DNA of 64,000 nucleotides from Parachlamydiales bacterium (GTDB lineage Bacteria; Chlamydiota; Chlamydiia; Chlamydiales; SM23-39): NCBI GenBank assembly GCA_016931275.1, contig JAFGFA010000014.1, positions 11,954 to 75,953 of the forward strand, read 5' to 3'. Shown piece by piece: positions 58,038 to 64,000 of this stretch (position 1 is its first letter; each line of letters starts with the position of its first letter). The notes under the pieces were generated by a model. It saw only the letters and a program-made list of their open reading frames with translations, ran no database searches and was not told where the DNA came from. The position numbers and the translations under genes were made by a program.

Positions 58038-58325
58038 TTATCGTAGAACAGAAACAGATTTGCTCTGTTCTGCTTCAGCAATTTCGACACATTCCTCAGG
58101 ATTATATCCTAATTCTTCACACCATCGAATAGTAGAAAAAATGATATTACCAAGCTCTTTTTTCAGTTCATAATCAGTATGTGTTGCAAGATCTTTAGGA
58201 GCATTTCTTTCCCATCTACAAATATCGCCAAACACTTTTCCCATTCTAACAATAATTTCAGAAAGAACTAACTTTTGGTCACCCCAAATTTTTTTCCCTT
58301 TTTTAGATAATTCTTTTATTTCCAT
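58038..58325 (-). CDS. MazG-like nucleotide pyrophosphohydrolase (small, 95 aa)
   Basis: The all-helical pattern LSEIIVRMGKVFGDICRWER...ELKKELGNIIFSTIRWCEELGYNPEE is typical of the MazG/NTP-PPase fold. Confidence 0.72.
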   Translation of the reverse strand: MEIKELSKKGKKIWGDQKLVLSEIIVRMGKVFGDICRWERNAPKDLATHTDYELKKELGNIIFSTIRWCEELGYNPEECVEIAEAEQSKSVSVLR

Positions 58326-58447
58326 AGCTCCTCATTTGTATGTATTTTTTACAATAGATCCGCCGGCTTCATGAGTCCTTTAAAAGAAGATAGCTCCCTT
58401 ATCCTAAGGATAAGACAGAATCCTAATAAAAAGCCTTATTTATCATT

Positions 58448-58894
58448 TTATTCAGATTCAATGCCTATGTATAAATCTAGAACAATATTTTGATGATCTA
58501 CCGCTCTTTTGTCATATATTTCAAAATCTGTTTTATAACAACGTTTTCCCCCCAGCTGTTTAGAAGACATCTCCCAAATTTCTTTCCAAGCGTTTACAAC
58601 GACATCAGGCATAGGAGCGGGATTGGTCGTAAACTTTATATATTGTTGGTGCGGAATCACCAGCTTCTGTAACCCTTCCGGCAAAAAACAAGCCCAAGAA
58701 ACTACTTCTTCTCCAATAAAATACGTATAAGATCCTCGATAATCCGTCTCATAATTTGTATAAGCACAAAATGTTGTCCCAGGCTCCTTTCGATGCGGAA
58801 TTTTTTCAAAAAGAGCTTCATGAAAATATTTCTGTATACAAGGGAAAATATTTCCCTTCATTTTATCTAACTCCTGCTCATAACCTGTACGCAC
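58448..58894 (-). CDS. GyrI-like / AraC-effector-binding-domain small-molecule-binding protein
   Basis: 148 aa. PGTTFCAYTNYETDYRGSYTYFIGEEV...IPHQQYIKF...VVNAWKEIW...RCYKTDFEIYD fits the GyrI-like (SbmC) domain. Confidence 0.68.
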   Translation of the reverse strand: MRTGYEQELDKMKGNIFPCIQKYFHEALFEKIPHRKEPGTTFCAYTNYETDYRGSYTYFIGEEVVSWACFLPEGLQKLVIPHQQYIKFTTNPAPMPDVVVNAWKEIWEMSSKQLGGKRCYKTDFEIYDKRAVDHQNIVLDLYIGIESE

Positions 58895-58925
58895 ACAAAT
58901 ACCAACTAATAGATAGCATAGGTAT

Positions 58926-59100
58926 CATGGCATCTATCCTTATTACCAGTCCTGTTATTATTCCTTTTTGCGTATCTTACATTGGTGCAACTTGTTTACC
59001 TTTAATTCCAGGAGCAATGCTCTCTGGATTGGGATATGGACTTTGGCAGATGACTCAACGTCTAGAACAAAACGAGCAAAGAGATCCACAGATAATTTGA
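58926..59100 (+). CDS. possible small 2-TM membrane peptide (57 aa)
   Basis: Internal ATG of track ORF 58756-59100 gives MASILITSPVIIPFCVSYIGATCLPLIPGAMLSGLGYGLWQMTQRLEQNEQRDPQII. The upstream part of the track ORF is antisense to the GyrI-like gene. No homology evidence. Confidence 0.2.
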
Positions 59101-59135
59101 TGCAAAAAGACGTATAACTCTGTGATTGTTGCAGA

Positions 59136-59299
59136 TAGTGCTGTTCCCCATTTAGAGGCCAGAGCAGTTTGATTGCTCCTAAGAAACAGGAGTACGACTA
59201 GTTTTATGATTATAAATAAATCAAAAACAGAGATCATTACCTTGGATGAATGTCGGTATCTTTGGTCTTGAATGGATAAAATCATCCTCTCTTTCTATA
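59136..59299. repeat. repeat R, copy B (right edge of the accessory island)
   Basis: See copy A. It lies 64 nt upstream of the first core gene (rluB-like). Confidence 0.75.
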
Positions 59300-59362
59300 A
59301 AAAAGCCTTTTTGCCCTCTTAAAATACCTTAAAGAAAACCTCTTTTATGATATACTATATGC

Positions 59363-60058
59363 ATGGAAGAAAGAGTTTCTAAGCTAATGGCCCGCAAAGG
59401 GTTATGTTCCAGAAGAGAAGCGGAGCAATACATTGAGGAAGGACGAGTTCGTGTGAATGGCGTTCTAGTCACGGATCAAGGAACCAAAGTACCTGTTCAT
59501 GCTACAATAACTTTGGATGATAAGGGATTACAAAAGGTCACGATAGCGCTTAATAAGCCCCTTGGATTTGTCTCCAATCTCCCCCAGAAAAATTATCGGG
59601 AGGCAAAAGAACTGATCCTTCCGGAAAATCGCTTCGACAAAGGCGATCCTATCGATCCTAGGTCATTACATGTTGTTGGCCGGCTGGATATTAATTCAAA
59701 GGGTCTGTTACTTTTTTCTTCTGACGGAAGAGTGGCAAAAAAGATTATAGGGCCGGATTCGAATATAGAAAAAGAATATGTTGTGCGTTTTTGTGAACCT
59801 GTACCGGAAAAGGCTTTGCACAAACTTCGTTTCGGGCTCAGTCTAGATGGCAAGCGCCTTAAACAAGCGTCGGTAAAACGTGCTGGGGACCAGACCTTGA
59901 TCATCGTACTTAGAGAAGGAAAAAAACGTCAAATCAGACGAATGTGCGAACTGGTAGGGTTAAAGGTAAGTTCGTTAAAACGAGTACGCATCGGCAACAT
60001 TCAAATAGGATCTCTTCCTGTAGGTCAGTGGATGGTCGTTTTTCCAACATTAGATTAA
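59363..60058 (+). CDS. rRNA pseudouridine synthase, RsuA/RluB/RluE family with S4 domain
   Basis: S4 domain RVSKLMARKGLCSRREAEQYIEEGRVRVNG, and catalytic HVVGRLDINSKGLLLFSSDG. Confidence 0.85.
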   Translation: MEERVSKLMARKGLCSRREAEQYIEEGRVRVNGVLVTDQGTKVPVHATITLDDKGLQKVTIALNKPLGFVSNLPQKNYREAKELILPENRFDKGDPIDPRSLHVVGRLDINSKGLLLFSSDGRVAKKIIGPDSNIEKEYVVRFCEPVPEKALHKLRFGLSLDGKRLKQASVKRAGDQTLIIVLREGKKRQIRRMCELVGLKVSSLKRVRIGNIQIGSLPVGQWMVVFPTLD

Positions 60059-60069
60059 GGACTCCTTTT

Positions 60070-60903
60070 TCAAAATCCCTCATCGGTCCTTAATAAAGAC
60101 TCCCCTAATTCTTTATTGCGTAACACAGCAGCACTAATAGCATGATGAACAATTTCAAAGATATGGTTCTTATCGAACACTTTGATCGCTTCAGCAGTAG
60201 AACCTTTTGGGCTTGTGACCATTTTTCGGAGCAAGGGGATTTCAAGATCAGCATTTTCTAATAATTGCATAGCACCGCTGAAGGTACCGATGATCAGATC
60301 ATGCGCCACATGTTTTTCCAGTCCTTGCCGAACAGCGGCATCTATCAAGGATTCTACAAAATAAAAAAGATAGGCCGGGCCCGATCCTGAAAGGGCAGAA
60401 ACAACATCAAAAAGATCTTCTTTTACAATCAACGTCTTTCCCATCGAAGAAAAGAGTTTCTGCACTATAGCGATCTCCTTTTGATCGCATCCTTCCCCAA
60501 TGGCAAGAGCCGAAACACCCTGTCCGATAGAAATAGGTGTATTAGGCATCACTCGAATAATCTTGCCTTTTCCTTTTAGAGACTGTTTTAGAGTTTTTAA
60601 CGATATACCGGCTGCAATACTTACAATCAAGCTATGGTCCGGTATATATTTTACCAAGAGAGACAAAACCTCCATAATATCTTGAGGCTTGGTTGCCAGG
60701 ATAATTTGTTCACAATGGGCTATTTCCTCAAGGGATTCTGTAAAATCAATCCCCAGTAAATTTTCGACTTGAGTTTGCCGAGCCTTATTTCTGGAATAGG
60801 CTAAAAAATCTTTAGGGCTAAAAACTTGAGACCGAATGGCTCCCTGAATGATCGCCAATCCCATGTTCCCAACACCAATGATCCCGATTTTATGCATCAC
60901 CAT
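60070..60903 (-). CDS. proC: pyrroline-5-carboxylate reductase
   Basis: From ATG 60903: MVMHKIGIIGVGNMGLAI (Rossmann fold) and C-terminal VTSPKGSTAEAI. The track ORF is extended to 61017. Confidence 0.9.
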   Translation of the reverse strand: MVMHKIGIIGVGNMGLAIIQGAIRSQVFSPKDFLAYSRNKARQTQVENLLGIDFTESLEEIAHCEQIILATKPQDIMEVLSLLVKYIPDHSLIVSIAAGISLKTLKQSLKGKGKIIRVMPNTPISIGQGVSALAIGEGCDQKEIAIVQKLFSSMGKTLIVKEDLFDVVSALSGSGPAYLFYFVESLIDAAVRQGLEKHVAHDLIIGTFSGAMQLLENADLEIPLLRKMVTSPKGSTAEAIKVFDKNHIFEIVHHAISAAVLRNKELGESLLRTDEGF

Positions 60904-61165
60904 TGAATTCCTAATAATCGTACTGTTTTTTTTATCATAAAAAATTATTAAAAGACAAAATCTTCTCTCAAAAATATTCTGTAGAACGATCCTAAAGAGA
61001 CCATTCCTCTTACGCAACTACTCTAAAAAAACAAGAGTCTTTTCAACCCATGGATTGAGAAAAACTCCATAAAAAGATTTCCTTTTAAGCTGTTCTTTAC
61101 TTTTTTTCTCGAATCGGACTTTTCTTAAAAAGAACTCCCGTGATAAAAATAACTTTTATGCCATC

Positions 61166-62779
61166 ATGGAAGTTTTCATGCTAAAATCATGCGTCTTTAT
61201 TGTCTGTTATATCACCCTTTTTCAAAACATCCTTTGTGCACAAGAAAACAAACAGGAAACTATGCAAAAAACATACACAGAATTCAAGAACAATGCCCGG
61301 AAAATTCACACTCTTTCTTCCATGGAAAGCTTATTATCCTGGGATCAACAAACGCTCATGCCGCCGGGAGCTGCTGATGATCGGGCTATGCAACTAAAAC
61401 TCCAATCAGGAACGATTCATCAAGAATTTACTTCAGACACCAATAAGAGGTTGTTACAACAATTAATTGATTTGCAAACTGGCCGGATCCTGTTTACTTC
61501 TGCTACAGAAGAACAAAAGGCCAACTTAAAAGAATGGCGCAGAGATCTTCTTCACGCTACTAAATTACCGAATGCTTTTGTGCAAGAATTCGCAGAAATT
61601 ACAAGCAAAGCCCAGGAAAGCTGGCAAAAAGCCAGAAACAATAATTCCTTTAGCCAATTTCAACCGGATTTGGAAAAAGTCGTAGAACTATGCCGACAAA
61701 AAGCAGAATATCTCGGGTATAAGGATCATCCTTATAATGCACTTCTGGATCTGTATGAACCAGATTTAACCGTCCAAAAATTAGATGCTCTGTTTTCGCG
61801 TTTAAAACCTGCCTTGATCGATCTTTTACAACAAATTCAAAAAAGACCCTCCATAAACAACTCTTTTTTATTTCAAAGCTACTCTAAAACCGATCAATGG
61901 GATTTAGCACACAAAATTATGGAAGTCATGACCATAGAAAAACGGTATACCCGACTCAATGAGTCCGCCCACCCTTTTACTTCAGCCATATCCCCTCCCC
62001 ATGATGTTAGAATCACCACAAAAATTGAGGAAAATAACCTCTCCACCAATCTTTTTGCCGTTCTGCATGAAGGAGGCCATGCCCTATATTGTCTTGGACT
62101 ACCGGAAAAATACATAGGCACTCCTTTGGGAGAATCGGTATCCACGGCTATTCATGAAAGCCAATCTAGACTTTGGGAGACGATCATTGGTCAGAGCTAT
62201 CCCTTTTGGGAATTTTTCTATAAGACCTTACAAACAATGTTCCCTCTGCAATTACAAGAAATCGATTTAGAACACTTCTATCAGGCTATTAATAAAGTAG
62301 ATCCCTCTTTTATCAGGATCCGTTCCGATGAAGTATGCTATTGTCTTCATATAATCCTTCGATATGAAATAGAAAAAGCGCTTTTCGAAAAAAGTATAGA
62401 AGTTGCGGACATTCCCCGTATATGGAACAAAAAAATGGAAGAGTATTTAGGCATCTTGCCTCCTTCTGAAGACTTGGGCTGCTTACAAGATATTCACTGG
62501 TCTTTCGGAGATTTTGGGTATTTTCCCTCTTATGCATTAGGCAACATGTATGCCGCACAAATTTTCGATACTTTTAAAAGGGAGCATCCTGAGTGGGAAC
62601 AACACCTAATCTCCGGAGATCTCCATCAGCTTCGAAACTGGTTACAAACAAAGATTCATCGGCAAGGCCGTTTTTATACTCCCGATGAGCTTATTAAAAA
62701 CATATCCGGTAAAGAATTAACAGAAGAGTGTTATATACAATATCTCCGAGAAAAATACGCCCATATCTATCATTTATAG
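61166..62779 (+). CDS. carboxypeptidase Taq-type metallopeptidase (M32)
   Basis: HEGGHALY (HExxH), HESQSRLWE, IRIRSDEV and DIHW. The start is ambiguous: 61166 gives a hydrophobic leader, while ATG 61262 gives a standard cytosolic length. Confidence 0.88.
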   Translation: MEVFMLKSCVFIVCYITLFQNILCAQENKQETMQKTYTEFKNNARKIHTLSSMESLLSWDQQTLMPPGAADDRAMQLKLQSGTIHQEFTSDTNKRLLQQLIDLQTGRILFTSATEEQKANLKEWRRDLLHATKLPNAFVQEFAEITSKAQESWQKARNNNSFSQFQPDLEKVVELCRQKAEYLGYKDHPYNALLDLYEPDLTVQKLDALFSRLKPALIDLLQQIQKRPSINNSFLFQSYSKTDQWDLAHKIMEVMTIEKRYTRLNESAHPFTSAISPPHDVRITTKIEENNLSTNLFAVLHEGGHALYCLGLPEKYIGTPLGESVSTAIHESQSRLWETIIGQSYPFWEFFYKTLQTMFPLQLQEIDLEHFYQAINKVDPSFIRIRSDEVCYCLHIILRYEIEKALFEKSIEVADIPRIWNKKMEEYLGILPPSEDLGCLQDIHWSFGDFGYFPSYALGNMYAAQIFDTFKREHPEWEQHLISGDLHQLRNWLQTKIHRQGRFYTPDELIKNISGKELTEECYIQYLREKYAHIYHL

Positions 62780-62991
62780 GATGAGAAAAGGACCCTTTTC
62801 TTCTTCAGATATCCCTGGTTTTTCAGGAATTTCACTTTATTTTTTTCAAAGCCTATCTCTATTTTTTTAAAATTATTTCCCATGAAAAACCCATAGGATC
62901 CTTTGCACATCCGGGTCTATAAGCCTACAAAAATGCTTGTGATTTTCTCTCTTGCATGATACTTTTCAATAGTTTCCTTAAAAGGACTCGT

Positions 62992-63714
62992 ATGAAAAAG
63001 TGTTGGGTCTTATTTCTTGTTTTCTCATGGGTTTCCATCCTAGCTAACATCGATATGCAAAACATTTCCAAAAGAGCCTATGAATTCTTGCATAACAATA
63101 ATGATCGCGATGATGAAGAGGCTTTACTATATCAATTTTATTCCAATGAAATTTCCAAACTAGATCAAAAAACACTGCAAGAAAATCCGGAATTGCTATT
63201 TCGAAAAAGTGTAGCTAGGCTGAGACAAATAGGACAAATGTACTCTATAGAAAAAATAAACAAGGAACTACACCTTGTACAAGCAGATCTCACTTTCGTG
63301 ACGAAATATGCCCCTCAGGAATCTATCCTTTTTAAAGCCGCAGTGTTAAAAAATCAGCTCATAAGCGCCCTTCTAAACAAAAACCCAAAAAAATTAGAAG
63401 ATCTCCTAAAAGCCCATGATCTTTATCAAGATACCTTCCTAAAAAAATGGGCCACCCAACCTACTGCTAGACAAAAAGAACTTCGTGAAAATGTCCTGTT
63501 AAACATTCAAAATAATCCAACAATAGCCTCTTCATTTTATGAGACATTAATTTTGATGGATGATAATGCGGATGTGGCCTTAGGATACATTCCTGTTGAT
63601 GACATCAGAATTTTGGACATTCAATGGGATGATGATATAGAACAATTTGTTCTCCCTTACCAAATTCGATATCGTATCCCCTATGCAACAGTAACTTGTA
63701 TTATCGATTTGTAA
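62992..63714 (+). CDS. secreted hypothetical protein
   Basis: Signal peptide MKKCWVLFLVFSWVSILANI. No family recognised. The track starts at 62956. Confidence 0.5.
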   Translation: MKKCWVLFLVFSWVSILANIDMQNISKRAYEFLHNNNDRDDEEALLYQFYSNEISKLDQKTLQENPELLFRKSVARLRQIGQMYSIEKINKELHLVQADLTFVTKYAPQESILFKAAVLKNQLISALLNKNPKKLEDLLKAHDLYQDTFLKKWATQPTARQKELRENVLLNIQNNPTIASSFYETLILMDDNADVALGYIPVDDIRILDIQWDDDIEQFVLPYQIRYRIPYATVTCIIDL

Positions 63715-63765
63715 TCATATTCGCTGTTTTAGGAATTCCGACCCACCACTAAAATATGTGAAGAA

Positions 63766-64000
63766 CTATAACAGGGGCTGTTCTCTTGTAAGACAATGAA
63801 TAGTACCCAATCCCCAAACGAGATCGACTGCATGGATTCCCACCACACATCGTTGAGGAAATAATTCGGACAAGATGCCCAAAGCGATTCTGTCCTTAGG
63901 ATCGTTAAAGGTAGGTACTAGAACATGGGTATTAGAAATATAAAAATTAGCGTAGCTGGCAGGCAACCGAACCCCCTTAAAAAATAAGGGAGCGGGCATC
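63766..64000 (-). CDS. agmatine deiminase / PAD_porph family, C-terminal part (5' end beyond window)
   Basis: LPASYANFYISNTHVLVPTFNDPKDRIALGILSELFP...GLGTIHCLTREQP, with the catalytic Cys motif at the C-terminus. The ORF runs off the window edge. Confidence 0.85.
   Translation of the reverse strand, partial: MPAPLFFKGVRLPASYANFYISNTHVLVPTFNDPKDRIALGILSELFPQRCVVGIHAVDLVWGLGTIHCLTREQPLL

Noticed and set aside
58756-59100. 114-aa + strand ORF
   Set aside because: Its first ~46 codons are antisense to the well-supported GyrI-like gene. Only the distal 57-aa part (from ATG 58926) is kept, as a low-confidence small ORF.
1-64000. Scan for CRISPR arrays, rRNA genes, an integrase or recombinase, intact transposases and prophage structural genes
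   Set aside because: No regularly spaced direct repeats, no rRNA-like sequence and no tyrosine or serine recombinase motifs were recognised. Only two truncated IS5-family transposase remnants are present.

Overview
The window reads as an AT-rich Chlamydiae-type chromosome, probably an environmental or amoeba-associated lineage. This placement is inferred only from a ~1870-aa head-to-tail duplicated UvrA, the gene content and the composition; no database search was possible.

Positions 1-41.7 kb and 59.3-64 kb look like core genome. They carry pyk (partial), uvrA, trpS, valS, AGCS/APC/MFS/SSS transporters, DAHP synthase, NUDIX, a ferritin-like protein, class III RNR nrdDG with candidate NrdR boxes, and a translationally coupled U32 peptidase, chorismate mutase and small membrane protein. 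They also carry a PaaK/LuxE-like plus LuxC-like pair, a TIGR01212 radical SAM protein, a YopT-like papain-fold protein, H+-PPase, an amidohydrolase, HIT, rtcB next to a LigT-archease fusion, nitroreductase, mini-MGMT, surE, putP-like, ttcA-like, a SEC-C protein, tRNA-Thr(UGU) and tRNA-Tyr(GUA). After the island come rluB-like, proC, an M32 carboxypeptidase and agmatine deiminase (partial).

Immediately 3' of the tRNA pair lies a ~17.6 kb mosaic accessory island (41.7-59.3 kb) with no visible integrase. In order it contains:
- a HigBA-like TA module with a promoter-embedded palindrome;
- a GNAT and an alpha/beta hydrolase;
- gene fragments;
- an AbiEi/AbiEii type IV TA pair fused to a frameshifted hydrolase remnant;
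- an IS5-family remnant;
- a three-gene membrane-lipid module (MFS-acyltransferase fusion, Aur1/SMS-like PAP2 enzyme, and an ATP-grasp plus swivel-His PEP-utilising enzyme lacking the TIM barrel);
- an IS903-group remnant with a recognisable terminal repeat;
- a Fic protein and a second Fic pseudogene missing from the ORF track;
- a partly duplicated cluster of two DUF1796-like paralogs, a NERD protein, a MazG-like protein and a GyrI-like protein, bracketed by a ~160-bp direct repeat.

The best candidates for something undescribed are the IS-flanked lipid module, the DUF1796/NERD/MazG/GyrI repeat-bounded cluster, the YopT-like protein, the RtcB plus LigT-archease cassette, and the U32-chorismate mutase coupling. 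No rRNA, CRISPR array or intact transposase was seen.
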